Shown here one piece after another: positions 51,927-61,542 of a stretch of DNA of 64,000 nt; the first letter of the stretch is position 1, and each line of letters starts with the position of its first letter. The notes below the pieces were generated by a model. The model searched no databases, was not told the origin of the DNA, and saw nothing but the letters and a program-made list of their open reading frames with translations. Source of the DNA: an uncultured Sulfitobacter sp. (GTDB lineage Bacteria; Pseudomonadota; Alphaproteobacteria; Rhodobacterales; Rhodobacteraceae). The DNA is taken from assembly GCF_947497275.1 (NCBI RefSeq), contig NZ_CANMFS010000007.1, forward strand, positions 80,955 through 144,954, in the 5' to 3' direction. The position numbers were made by a program, and so were the translations under genes.

Positions 51927-52484
51927 ATGGCAGATTACATGACGCGCCGCAAAGCGCTGGTATCCGGCCTTGCGATGGCTGGCGGATTGGCTATGCCCGC
52001 CACGCTGCGGGCGCAGGAAGCGACCAAGCGCAACACGTCGAGCTTTATCACGCAGGACTGGCAGGACCATTTCGACACACTGGGCGTTGCCACCATCGTC
52101 GCGGATACCACATCGCGGGTGCTGCATTACTGGAACGCGGACGGGAGCGACTATCGTCTCTATCCCACATCGGTTCCGAAGACCGACGAGTTGACCAAGC
52201 GCGGCTATACCAAGATCGTGCGCAAGAAGGTCGGCCCGGACTGGACGCCGACCGCGTCGATGATGGAGCGGTTTCCGCACTACAGCTATATGCCACCGGG
52301 CCCGGAAAATCCGCTGGGCACGCACGCGATGTACCTCGGCTGGCCCGCGTATTTGATCCACGGCACCCACGACACCCGCAAGATCGGGCGCCGGTCGTCC
52401 GACGGATGTATCGGGCTTTATAATGCCAAGATCGCCGAACTTTTCGAGCTTTGCCCGGTCGGCACGCAGGTTCGATTGATCTGA
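51927..52484 (+). CDS. L,D-transpeptidase (YkuD/ErfK family) with Tat signal
   Basis: MTRRKALVSG twin-arginine; PDWTPT, NPLGTHAMYL, IHGT...SSDGCIGL. Confidence 0.88.
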   Translation: MADYMTRRKALVSGLAMAGGLAMPATLRAQEATKRNTSSFITQDWQDHFDTLGVATIVADTTSRVLHYWNADGSDYRLYPTSVPKTDELTKRGYTKIVRKKVGPDWTPTASMMERFPHYSYMPPGPENPLGTHAMYLGWPAYLIHGTHDTRKIGRRSSDGCIGLYNAKIAELFELCPVGTQVRLI

Positions 52485-52498
52485 ACCAAGAGGGGCGT

Positions 52499-52516
52499 GG
52501 CGGGCGCGAGCCCGCC
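52499..52516. terminator. Hairpin between convergent genes
   Basis: ggcgggc-gcga-gcccgcc. Confidence 0.5.
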
Positions 52517-52530
52517 GGCCCTTTCGGGGT

Positions 52531-53307
52531 CTACCCTTTGCGCTTGCCGACAAACATGATCTTCGCACCCTGCGGATCATCGGCTTGAATCAACCATTCA
52601 TCGCTTTCGGGAAGCGCGACCGGTCCGCTTCGGACCGTTCCCTTGGCCTTTTCCACCGCCATTCTGGCCTTGTCGATATCTGCGACCTGCATCGCGAAAT
52701 TCCAGTAGGGGCCGGTGTCCTGCGGGGGCCGGTCCATGATGCCACCGATCATCGTACCGTTGTGATTGATGAACGTGTAATCCCCGTTCGGTCCCATCGA
52801 CATCGCGCCTCCGTGTTCCCATCCGAACAGCTTGGCATAGAAATCAAGCGCGGCCTGCTGGTCGGAGGTGGCAAGCTCGTTCCAGCAGCCGTGACCGGGT
52901 TTTGTCGGTGCGAAGGCGGAGCTGTCTTCGTCGCTTTCGCTTTGCATCAGATAGAACTGTGCGCCTTGCGGATCCCGGCAGAACGCGAACCGCCCGACGC
53001 CGGGGATGTCGGTCGGTTCGATATCCACGGCACCGCCCAGCGTTCTTACGCTCGCGGCGGAGGCATCGACGTCATCTACCCCGATGTAGACATACCACAT
53101 GTCCGGCATGGTTTGCGCGTGATCCGGGGTACGCAGCATACCTGCGACAGGCTTTTTCCGGGCCGAAGCGACACGATACTCCATACCGTCTGCGCCGGAT
53201 ATTGCTTCGAACGTCCACCCCATTACGCGCTTATAGAATTTCTCGGCGCTGTCCGGGTCCTGTGTCATCAATTCGTACCAGATGGGAGTGCCGTGGATAT
53301 CTGTCAT
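52531..53307 (-). CDS. Two-domain VOC (glyoxalase/bleomycin-resistance) family protein
   Basis: Duplicated WYELMT/WNELAT..FY..LFGW; YIGVDDVD; DIPGVGRFA; DPQGA. Confidence 0.88.
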   Translation of the reverse strand: MTDIHGTPIWYELMTQDPDSAEKFYKRVMGWTFEAISGADGMEYRVASARKKPVAGMLRTPDHAQTMPDMWYVYIGVDDVDASAASVRTLGGAVDIEPTDIPGVGRFAFCRDPQGAQFYLMQSESDEDSSAFAPTKPGHGCWNELATSDQQAALDFYAKLFGWEHGGAMSMGPNGDYTFINHNGTMIGGIMDRPPQDTGPYWNFAMQVADIDKARMAVEKAKGTVRSGPVALPESDEWLIQADDPQGAKIMFVGKRKG

Positions 53308-53444
53308 TGGCTATCCTTTCGAAACCGGGGGGCGGGACAGGCGCACGATGTCGACGATGGGCTGAAATCCGCCATGGATTATCTGCGACCCGCGCGCCAT
53401 GTCATGGGTCGCAGCGCAGTGCGGTTGACGTCGATGGTATCACA

Positions 53445-55490
53445 TCAGAGGTCTTTCACCAATCGCAGCGCATCGTAAATCGCGGCATGGGTGTTGCGGG
53501 CTGACACGGCGTCACCGATGCGGAACAGCTGAAATGATCCGGTGCTGTTGCGTGTCAGGGTTTGGGGCGTACCGTTGATCAGAGCGTCGTGATCGACCGC
53601 GCCGCCGTTGGTACTGCGCGGTTTGAGGTCGAGATACAGATCATCCAGGGGAAGCGTGCCGTAGTTGACGACGACCTGATCGTAGTCATTTGCGTAGGTG
53701 TGATCGCTGTAATCCGTGCCGATCGTGGCGGTCAGCCTGTTGCCGCTGGGGGTCACATCAAGCAACCTGCGGGTGACGGTGAACGTGACATCCTTGTCCT
53801 GCAGCGCGCGCATGTAGGGCACCAGGTTCATCGCCATGACACCCGGCGCAAAGGTGCGATCGGGGGTCATAACCTCGACGGTTGATCCGGCGGCGGCAGC
53901 GATTTCGGCGGCTTGCAAACCAGCGTGGTCGCCGCTTTCGTCATAGATCAGGATGCTCTGCGCGGGCTTTATATCGCCCGACAGAATGTCCCAAGCGGTG
54001 ACGACATGCGCCGCGTCCTTGCCTGTTTCGAACAGCTCGGTGTTGGGCATGCCGCCCGTCGCGACGATCACGACATCGGGGGCAAGCGCGGTGATATCCT
54101 CCGCACCGGCCCAGGTGTTGAAATGGAACACCACGTCGCGGGCCGCGCATTGCGCCATCCGCCAGTCGATGATCGAGAGCATCTCGCGGCGGCGCGGGCT
54201 TTGTGCGGTAAGACACACCTGCCCGCCGGGGTGCGGCTGGGCCTCGAAAACGGTGACGTCGTGACCGCGCTCTGCCGCCACCCGGGCGGCCTCCAGCCCG
54301 GCGGGGCCTGCACCGACAATCACCATTCTGCGGCGTGTATCGGCGCGCGGAATCGTGTGCGGCATGGTTAATTCACGCCCCGTCGCCGCGTTGTGGATGC
54401 ACAGGGCGTCCCCGGCCTCGTAGATCCGGTCAAGGCAGTAGGTCGCGCCGACGCAGGGGCGGATGTCGTCCTCGCGGCCCTCCATGATCTTCGTGACCAC
54501 ATGCGGATCTGCCATATGCGCGCGGGTCATGCCGACCATGTCCAGCAGCCCCGCCTCGACCGCGTGGCGCGCGGTGGCTACATCGGGGATCCGCGATGCG
54601 TGAAACGTGGGTATGCCGGTCAGCTTTCTGACCTGACCCGCGAAATCCAGATGCGGCGCGGTTCTCATGCCCTGCACCGGGATCACGTCGGTCATCGCGG
54701 GATCGGTGTGGATGCGCCCGCGTACGACGTTGAGAAAATCAAGCTGCCCTGTCGCGGCGAGCTTCTGCGAGATCTCGAGCCCGTCCTCGGCGGTGATCCC
54801 GCCCTTCTGCGCTTCGTCTGCGGTATAGCGGAAACCGACGATGAATTCTGGCCCGACCCTCTTGCGCACCGCAGCGAGCACATCGAGAGGGAACCGCATC
54901 CGGTTCTCCAGCGTGTCCGCTCCGTAGGGTCCCGAAAGATCATTGGTCAGCGGCGACCAGAACTGATCGAGCAGGTGGCCGTAGACCTGCAATTCGATCC
55001 CGTCCATGCCGCCCGCTTTCATCCGCTCGGCGGCATCGGCGAAATCTGTTATGATCCGCTCGATGTCCCAATCCTCGATCAGCTTGGGAAATGCGCGGTG
55101 CGCCGGTTCGCGGTGCTTCGAGGATGAGACGGAGGGCAGCCAATCGCCCTTGTTCCATGCGGTCCGGCGCCCCAGATGGGTCAGCTGGATCATCACGGCA
55201 CATCCGTGCTCGTGACAGCCATCGGTCAGGTTGCGGATCCACGGAACCACCTCGTCCTTGTAGGCGAGGACATTGTTGAACACGGGCGGGCTGTCCTTCG
55301 ATACGGTGGCCGATCCTGCCGTCATCGCCAGCGCCACGCCCGCTTTCGCGCGTTCTTCGTGATAGGCGCGGTAACGGTCTTTCGGCATCCCGTCTTCGGG
55401 ATAGGCCGGTTCATGGCTTGTGGTCATGATCCGGTTTTTCAGGGTGAGGTGTTTCAGTCGATACGGCTGAAGAAGCGGATCTTTGGTCAT
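53445..55490 (-). CDS. stcD: Old-yellow-enzyme/TMADH-like NADH:flavin oxidoreductase, closely resembling N-methylproline demethylase StcD
   Basis: DPLLQPY.LKHLTL.NRI, HEPAYPEDGMPK, QLTHLGRR, CVGATYCLDRIY...CIHNAATGRE Cys cluster, RIGDAVSARNTHAAIYDALRL; recalled similarity to Sinorhizobium StcD. Confidence 0.75.
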   Translation of the reverse strand: MTKDPLLQPYRLKHLTLKNRIMTTSHEPAYPEDGMPKDRYRAYHEERAKAGVALAMTAGSATVSKDSPPVFNNVLAYKDEVVPWIRNLTDGCHEHGCAVMIQLTHLGRRTAWNKGDWLPSVSSSKHREPAHRAFPKLIEDWDIERIITDFADAAERMKAGGMDGIELQVYGHLLDQFWSPLTNDLSGPYGADTLENRMRFPLDVLAAVRKRVGPEFIVGFRYTADEAQKGGITAEDGLEISQKLAATGQLDFLNVVRGRIHTDPAMTDVIPVQGMRTAPHLDFAGQVRKLTGIPTFHASRIPDVATARHAVEAGLLDMVGMTRAHMADPHVVTKIMEGREDDIRPCVGATYCLDRIYEAGDALCIHNAATGRELTMPHTIPRADTRRRMVIVGAGPAGLEAARVAAERGHDVTVFEAQPHPGGQVCLTAQSPRRREMLSIIDWRMAQCAARDVVFHFNTWAGAEDITALAPDVVIVATGGMPNTELFETGKDAAHVVTAWDILSGDIKPAQSILIYDESGDHAGLQAAEIAAAAGSTVEVMTPDRTFAPGVMAMNLVPYMRALQDKDVTFTVTRRLLDVTPSGNRLTATIGTDYSDHTYANDYDQVVVNYGTLPLDDLYLDLKPRSTNGGAVDHDALINGTPQTLTRNSTGSFQLFRIGDAVSARNTHAAIYDALRLVKDL

Positions 55491-56190
55491 CGAAGCGGTC
55501 TCGCTGTGTCGGTCGGGGTCCGGTGCCGGGTTTATCATCCTACCGTGCCGCATAACGGGTATGAGTCAAGGTTTCCCGACTGCGGCCATCGCCCTTTGTG
55601 CGTCCTCAAAACCGCGCGCGCAGTATGTTCCTTGCCGCTCTGAAGTTATCGCAACGCGACTATTGTGAAACGACCAACGTAGCCGGTGGTGCGTAAGCTG
55701 CCGGACAGCACACTGTTTCATCCGGGACCGACACCCGGATGCAGGAGGCTCAAGAGCGCCCGCAGCCGACTCGTCCGTCGCGCGGGTCACGTTCATCCAT
55801 TCCGTGCGGTGTCGAGCTTGGCCAAGCGAGGGCAGCCGGGCTGGTTTCGCCCCTGATCTGCGCCGCACTTTCCTTCCAGCTTTGCTGGGGCCGGATTCAT
55901 GATCTTACGCGGCCGGTTTGTCGATGACACGAATGATGTGATGTTGGTTGCTGTCGCCAGTTGCGCAGACGCTGCGATTGCTTCTTTGCTTTTCTGGAGC
56001 GGCGTCCATCACTGTGGATTTTCACGAGTATTTAGAAGGCGGCCGAAAGGCCCGTGGAGCGGGCAGTTGCCTCGGCGCGCCGCGCTGTCGGAATGTTCCG
56101 TTTCTTTGACAGAGCTAACTGCAAGGTTGACTCGTGACTAAAAACTGAATTATGAATCAGTAATCATATTATGGGTGGGGAGGCTTCATA

Positions 56191-57375
56191 ATGGATGTGG
56201 GATGGTCGTCGGCGGATCAGGCTTTCAGGCAGGAAGTGCGCGAGTTTACGCAGGCGAAACTGCCAGCTGAGATACGCGACAAGGTGATCGCGGGCCGTCC
56301 TTTGGAACGGTCCGATCACATGCAGTGGCAGGACATCTTGGCCGAGAAGGGCTGGATCGCCGGGTTCTGGCCTTCCAAGTTTGGCGGGCATGACTGGACG
56401 CCTGCGCAAAGCTACATCTTTCAGGAAGAAACCACTTATGCCGGTGCGCCCTGGTTGCTGCCGTTCGGCGTGAATTATGTCGGCCCGGTGATTTACACAT
56501 ACGGAAGCGAGGCGCAGAAAGCCCGCCATTTACCCGGCATCGTCTCGAACGAGGTGTTCTGGTGCCAGGGGTATTCCGAGCCGAATGCGGGTTCGGATCT
56601 GGCGCAACTGTCAACACGTGCGGACCGGGACGGCGACGCCTATGTCGTAAACGGATCGAAGATCTGGACGTCGATGGCGCATTGGGCGGATTGGATTTTC
56701 GCGTTGGTTCGGACAGATTCGCAAGTCAAACCGCAGCGCGGAATATCCTTTCTGTTGATTGATCTTCGCACGCCCGGGATCACCGTTCGGCCCATCCGGT
56801 CCATCGAGGGGGCGCATCATTTGAACCAGGTGTTCTTCGACAACGTGCGGGTGCCGGTCGAAAATCTGGTGGGAGAAGAAAATGCGGGCTGGGGCTATGC
56901 CAAGTTCCTGCTGGGGCACGAACGCGTGCTTTCAGCGGAGATCGGCAAGGGCAAGCGCATGCTGGACCGGTTGCGGTCGGTCGCGTCGGCGCAAGGACGG
57001 TCGGACGATCCGGGCTACCTTGAACGGCTCAACCAGCTTGAGACGGATCTTCTGGCGCTGGAGTGGACAACGCTCCGGATGCTTGACGCCGTCATGGATG
57101 GGTCGGCACCCGGTTTTGAAGCCTCCGTGCTGAAGCTGCGCGGGTCCACGATTGTTCAGCGCATCGCTGAATACACTGTAGATACGCTGGGACCGGCAGC
57201 GTTGTCCTTTGATCCGGCGGGTCTGGAACAGCAAGTCAACGATCCTAACGCTGAATTGTACCGGAATATGGGGATCGTTTCGGAATTCCTGTTCCAGCGC
57301 GCGCCGACGATCTGGGGTGGCAGCAACGAAATCCAACGCAACATCATTGCCAAGCATGCGCTTGGCCTAGGCTGA
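56191..57375 (+). CDS. Acyl-CoA dehydrogenase, PimC-like large subunit
   Basis: WCQGYSEPNAGSDLA, VVNGSKIWTS, GISFLL, TIWGGSNEIQRNIIA (catalytic Glu). Confidence 0.9.
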   Translation: MDVGWSSADQAFRQEVREFTQAKLPAEIRDKVIAGRPLERSDHMQWQDILAEKGWIAGFWPSKFGGHDWTPAQSYIFQEETTYAGAPWLLPFGVNYVGPVIYTYGSEAQKARHLPGIVSNEVFWCQGYSEPNAGSDLAQLSTRADRDGDAYVVNGSKIWTSMAHWADWIFALVRTDSQVKPQRGISFLLIDLRTPGITVRPIRSIEGAHHLNQVFFDNVRVPVENLVGEENAGWGYAKFLLGHERVLSAEIGKGKRMLDRLRSVASAQGRSDDPGYLERLNQLETDLLALEWTTLRMLDAVMDGSAPGFEASVLKLRGSTIVQRIAEYTVDTLGPAALSFDPAGLEQQVNDPNAELYRNMGIVSEFLFQRAPTIWGGSNEIQRNIIAKHALGLG

Positions 57376-57387
57376 GGCGGAGGTTCT

Positions 57388-58446
57388 GTGAAGATCACAT
57401 TGAATGAAGAACAGTCGATACTGGCACAAAGCGTCGCGCGGTTTGTGGATGACCGCCGGGACGCGGTGTCCTGGCGGCCCGCAGATCGCGGCCTCGACCC
57501 CGAGATCTGGCGCGAGGTGGCGGCGCTTGGTTGGTTGGGCGCCGGTGTGGGCGAAGCAGCGGGCGGTTTTGGCGGCGGGCGTGCAATGTCTGTCGTGATG
57601 GAAGGGGCCGGCGCCGGTATTCGCTATGCAGAGCCGCTGAGCCAGGTCTTTGTCGCGCTGGCAATTCTGGAGTCCGCGGATGCCGAAAACCCGTACCTGT
57701 CGGAGATACTGTCGGGCGAGGCCTTTGCCTGTGGATTGATCGCGGACATGGGTACGGGGATCGAAGCGATTGGCAGCGGCGACGATTGCAGGATTTCGGG
57801 TGCGTTCAAGGCGGTTCCCTACTTTGAGCAGGTGGACCATCTGGTGCTGGCCCTTCCGGACCTGATCTGCGTGCTGGATGCGCAGGCGGCGGGGATTGAT
57901 ACGCAGACGTATCCGGCGCTGGATGGCGCGACGCGCGCCGATCTGAGCTTGGACAATGTGCAAGTGAAGAGTGTTGCGGTCCTTGCCAAAGGTGAAAGCG
58001 CCAGTGTCGCCCTGAACCGCGGCCGCGTGTTTCACGCCGCGGCAGTGACCGCAGAGGCAAGCGGACTGGCCGCGAAATTGTTCGAGGACACCTTGGCCTA
58101 CGTCAAGCAGCGGACCCAGTTCGGGCGGCCGATCGGGGAGTTTCAAGCGGTGCAACACCGCCTGGCGGACATGTTCGTCGCGCTTGAGGAGATCAGGTCG
58201 CTGTCGCTGGCGACGGCGCGGGCGGCGGAGGACGGTGTGCCGGCCGATCGCAGGCTGTCGCAGGCGGTGGTCGGCGTCATTGACCGAGCCCTGCACATCG
58301 CGCGTGAGGCGATCCAGTTACACGGGGGGGTCGGCATGACCGAAGATCTGCCAATGGGCGCGGGACTGCGGCGCCTGAAGGTACTTCAACTGATGCCTGC
58401 CGGCGCTCAGACACATCGGCGCACGCTGACAGGCCGAGCCACATGA
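57388..58446 (+). CDS. Acyl-CoA dehydrogenase, PimD-like small (partner) subunit
   Basis: Short ACAD with degenerate N-terminal motifs; RTQFGRPIGEFQAVQHRLADM, AIQLHGGVGMT. Confidence 0.85.
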   Translation: MKITLNEEQSILAQSVARFVDDRRDAVSWRPADRGLDPEIWREVAALGWLGAGVGEAAGGFGGGRAMSVVMEGAGAGIRYAEPLSQVFVALAILESADAENPYLSEILSGEAFACGLIADMGTGIEAIGSGDDCRISGAFKAVPYFEQVDHLVLALPDLICVLDAQAAGIDTQTYPALDGATRADLSLDNVQVKSVAVLAKGESASVALNRGRVFHAAAVTAEASGLAAKLFEDTLAYVKQRTQFGRPIGEFQAVQHRLADMFVALEEIRSLSLATARAAEDGVPADRRLSQAVVGVIDRALHIAREAIQLHGGVGMTEDLPMGAGLRRLKVLQLMPAGAQTHRRTLTGRAT

Positions 58447-59267
58447 CCACCAACATCGAGGAGAAAGAAATGGAACGGTTCGAGAGCTACAAGACAATGA
58501 CGTTCAAGCGGGACGGGCGCGTGCTTACGGTCACGCTCAATCTACCTGAAACGCTGAACGCTGTGAACGAAGAGCTTCATACAGAACTGTCGCGGGTCTT
58601 TGTCGATCTGAACGACGATCCGGATTCGGATGTGATCGTACTGACCGGTGCCGGCAAGGCGTTCTGCGCGGGGGGAGACATCGACTGGATGCAGGCGGCG
58701 ATCGACGACCCATCGGAGTTTGAGGTCACGGGATTCGAGGCCAAGCGCATCATCTTCAGTCAACTCGATATGGAAAAACCGTTGATTTGCCGGATGAACG
58801 GCCATGCGATCGGACTGGGGGCGACCATCGCGTTGTCATGCGACATCGTCATCGCCAGTGAAACCGCGAAAATCGGCGATCCGCATGTTTCCGTCGGGCT
58901 TGTCGCGGGCGACGGGGGGGCGATCCTGTGGCCACAGATGATCGGATATCTGCGCGCGAAGGAATATCTTTTGACCGGTGACGCGATCCCTGCGCCCGAG
59001 GCCGCGCGCATGGGTCTGATCAACAGGACAGTCGCAGCCGACCAGTTGGACGACGAGGTTTATGCGCTGGCGCACCGGATTGCATCGGGCGCGCGCAAGG
59101 CGATCCGATGGACCAAGGTGACAGCAAATATCGGTCTCAAGCAGTTGGCCCATTCGATCATGGATACCGGTGTGGCTTACGAATCCATGTCGAACGTCTC
59201 GAAGGATCATCGCGAGGCGGTGGCCGCCTTCCGCGAGAAGAGAAAACCCGTTTTCACGGGGGAATAG
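58443..59267 (+). CDS. Crotonase-superfamily protein with a non-canonical active site
   Basis: AFCAGGDI, NGHAIGLGATIAL, IGDPHVSVGLVAGDGG; alternative start at 58470. Confidence 0.88.
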   Translation: MTTNIEEKEMERFESYKTMTFKRDGRVLTVTLNLPETLNAVNEELHTELSRVFVDLNDDPDSDVIVLTGAGKAFCAGGDIDWMQAAIDDPSEFEVTGFEAKRIIFSQLDMEKPLICRMNGHAIGLGATIALSCDIVIASETAKIGDPHVSVGLVAGDGGAILWPQMIGYLRAKEYLLTGDAIPAPEAARMGLINRTVAADQLDDEVYALAHRIASGARKAIRWTKVTANIGLKQLAHSIMDTGVAYESMSNVSKDHREAVAAFREKRKPVFTGE

Positions 59268-59327
59268 GGACAGTCGGGAGACAGGGACGGTTGGGAGGCC
59301 GGACCATCAAATCAGGAGGAGGACAAG

Positions 59328-60593
59328 ATGGCTTACAAGATGAACAGACGCGGTATTGTGAAGGGGATCGCCGCAAGCACTTTGGCAGTACCCTTTATCA
59401 ACCTGCGCGCAGCAACGGCCCAAAGCGGCCCGATCCCGATCGGTGTGGTGACACCGCTCAGCGGGCCGGTGCAGTTGATCGGCAATTTTGTCCGGCACGG
59501 GGCCGAGATAGGTGCCGCGCACGTGAATGACAACGGCGGTATCAACGGGCGACCAATCGAACTGGTCTTCCGCGATTCAAAGGCAAACCCCAACGACGCC
59601 TCGGTCGCGGCGCGTGAGCTGGTCGGTTCGGGCACCAATCTGCAGCTGGGCACGATTTCCAGCGCGGTGGCCCTTGCAATGGGCCCCTTGCTGGAAAGCG
59701 AAGGCGGCGTGGTCATCACCACGGGGGCGGGTACCGAGAAAATCAACCACGAGAACTATAACCCGCATGTCTTTCGGGTCGGCGACAGCCCGGTCAGCCG
59801 CAATGCAGGGCTGGTGCGTCACATCGTCGAAAGCCGCCCGGACCTGCGCAAGTGGGGCGGCATCATTCCCGACCACGAGTACGGGCGCACGACCTGGAAA
59901 ATCTTCGAGGCGACGATGCGCAAGGCCGTGCCTGAAATGACCGGCGAGGAGGCCGAGATTGCCGAGCCGATCCTGGTACCTTACGGTTCGGGAGACTATC
60001 GCAACTATATAGCCCAAGCCATGCGCATGGATGTTCAGGGCATCTATACTTCGGTCTATGGCGGCGATGCCGTGACGCTTTATCAACAAGCCAAGCCCTT
60101 TGGCCTGTTCGACAAGATCGACGTTCTGCTCGACTCCGCGAACGAATTTCTGGTGGCCACGGCGATGGGCGATCAGACGCCCGCGCACTGGAGCGGCTTT
60201 CATTGGTACTATGAGGCCAACAAGGGCAACCCCCTCTCGGACGATCTTTATGCGAAATATGTCGAGGCGACAGGCGACACCTATCCGATGGGATGGGCCG
60301 CCGAGGCGCACGCGGCCGTGCTTGCCTATGCCGGTGCAATCGAAAAGGCGGGCAGCACGGAAACCGACGATGTGATCGCCGGTCTCAAGGGGCTGCGCTT
60401 TGACAGTGCAACGGGCGAGCGTCACATCCGTGCCGAGGACAACCAGGCGGTCAAGAATGCCGAACTGGCCTACATCGAGCCATCCTCAACTGCGCCGGCA
60501 GGGTTCGAGGTGACAGACTACGTCTCGCTCGATGGTGAAAAGGTTGTTGAACCGGCGCGTCCGGGACAGATGCTCGATACGTCGAACCTCTGA
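59328..60593 (+). CDS. Branched-chain/amide-type ABC substrate-binding protein (Tat signal)
   Basis: MNRRGIVKG; IGVVTPLSG, NGGINGRPIELVFRDS. Confidence 0.88.
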   Translation: MAYKMNRRGIVKGIAASTLAVPFINLRAATAQSGPIPIGVVTPLSGPVQLIGNFVRHGAEIGAAHVNDNGGINGRPIELVFRDSKANPNDASVAARELVGSGTNLQLGTISSAVALAMGPLLESEGGVVITTGAGTEKINHENYNPHVFRVGDSPVSRNAGLVRHIVESRPDLRKWGGIIPDHEYGRTTWKIFEATMRKAVPEMTGEEAEIAEPILVPYGSGDYRNYIAQAMRMDVQGIYTSVYGGDAVTLYQQAKPFGLFDKIDVLLDSANEFLVATAMGDQTPAHWSGFHWYYEANKGNPLSDDLYAKYVEATGDTYPMGWAAEAHAAVLAYAGAIEKAGSTETDDVIAGLKGLRFDSATGERHIRAEDNQAVKNAELAYIEPSSTAPAGFEVTDYVSLDGEKVVEPARPGQMLDTSNL

Positions 60594-60612
60594 GATCGGT
60601 CACACGCAATCG

Positions 60613-60635
60613 TGGGCGAGAAGCTTTCTCGCCCA
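60613..60635 (+). other. Intercistronic hairpin after the SBP gene
   Basis: tgggcgagaa-gct-ttctcgccca. Confidence 0.55.
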
Positions 60636-60657
60636 TGACCAACCGGGGAAATCGAAG

Positions 60658-61542
60658 ATGTATGATGTCGGCATGACAGTGTTCAACGGGCTTGCCTGGG
60701 CCATGGCGACGTTTCTCGTCGCGGCGGGGCTGACGTTGATATTCGGGATTCTGCATATCCTGAACTTTGCACACGGCGGCTTTTTCATGATCGGCGCCTA
60801 TGTGTCCTATACCGTTATGATTGCGCTTGGCGGCGCGCTGCCGCTGTGGCTTTACCTTATCGGAGCGATGGTTGCGGGCGTTGTGGTCGGCTTGCTGGGT
60901 TGGGCCGTGGATATGCTCGTGTTTCGACGGTTGCGCGATGTCGATGACGCCTACTCTTTGATTGCCACCTATGCGCTGCTGTTGCTGTGCGGCGGCGTGG
61001 TGCAACTGATCTGGGGACTTAACTATCTGGGCGTGATGCCGCCCCCGGTGCTGAATTCCGTCATCTTCCTTGGCGACATGTTCATGCCGACCTACACCAT
61101 CTTCATCATCCTGTGCGGGGTGTTGGTATATGTGGGGCTGGAGCTTTTCATTGCGAAATCCCAGACCGGGCGGTTGATCCGGGTGGTGGCGGCAGATCCC
61201 TGGATGGCGCAACTTCTGGGTTTGAACGTCAAACGCATCTATCTTTTCACAGTAATACTCAGTTTTGCCCTGGCCGGGCTGGCGGGCGGATTGCTCATGC
61301 CGAACCAGAGCCTGTCGCCGGAGCTGGGTGGTATTTTCCTGCTTCAGGCTTTCGGCGTGATCATCCTGGGCGGTATGGGTTCGATACGGGGTGCGTTCCT
61401 GGCCGCGATTGTCCTGGGGCTGATCGAAAGTTTCGGGGTGTACTTTTTCCCGCAGTATCCCGGTATCTTCTTCCTTCTTGCGCTGGCGATCATCCTTTTG
61501 ATCAAGCCCGAGGGGATCATGGGCAGGGAGCAGACGGCATGA
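60658..61542 (+). CDS. LivH-like ABC permease
   Basis: AGLTLIFG...LNFAHGGFFMIGAY, VIILGGMGS. Confidence 0.9.
   Translation: MYDVGMTVFNGLAWAMATFLVAAGLTLIFGILHILNFAHGGFFMIGAYVSYTVMIALGGALPLWLYLIGAMVAGVVVGLLGWAVDMLVFRRLRDVDDAYSLIATYALLLLCGGVVQLIWGLNYLGVMPPPVLNSVIFLGDMFMPTYTIFIILCGVLVYVGLELFIAKSQTGRLIRVVAADPWMAQLLGLNVKRIYLFTVILSFALAGLAGGLLMPNQSLSPELGGIFLLQAFGVIILGGMGSIRGAFLAAIVLGLIESFGVYFFPQYPGIFFLLALAIILLIKPEGIMGREQTA

Noticed and set aside
55491-56190. Small ORFs (100 aa and 80 aa) or an IS remnant
   Set aside because: No recognisable motifs, RBS or terminal inverted repeats; not called as features.
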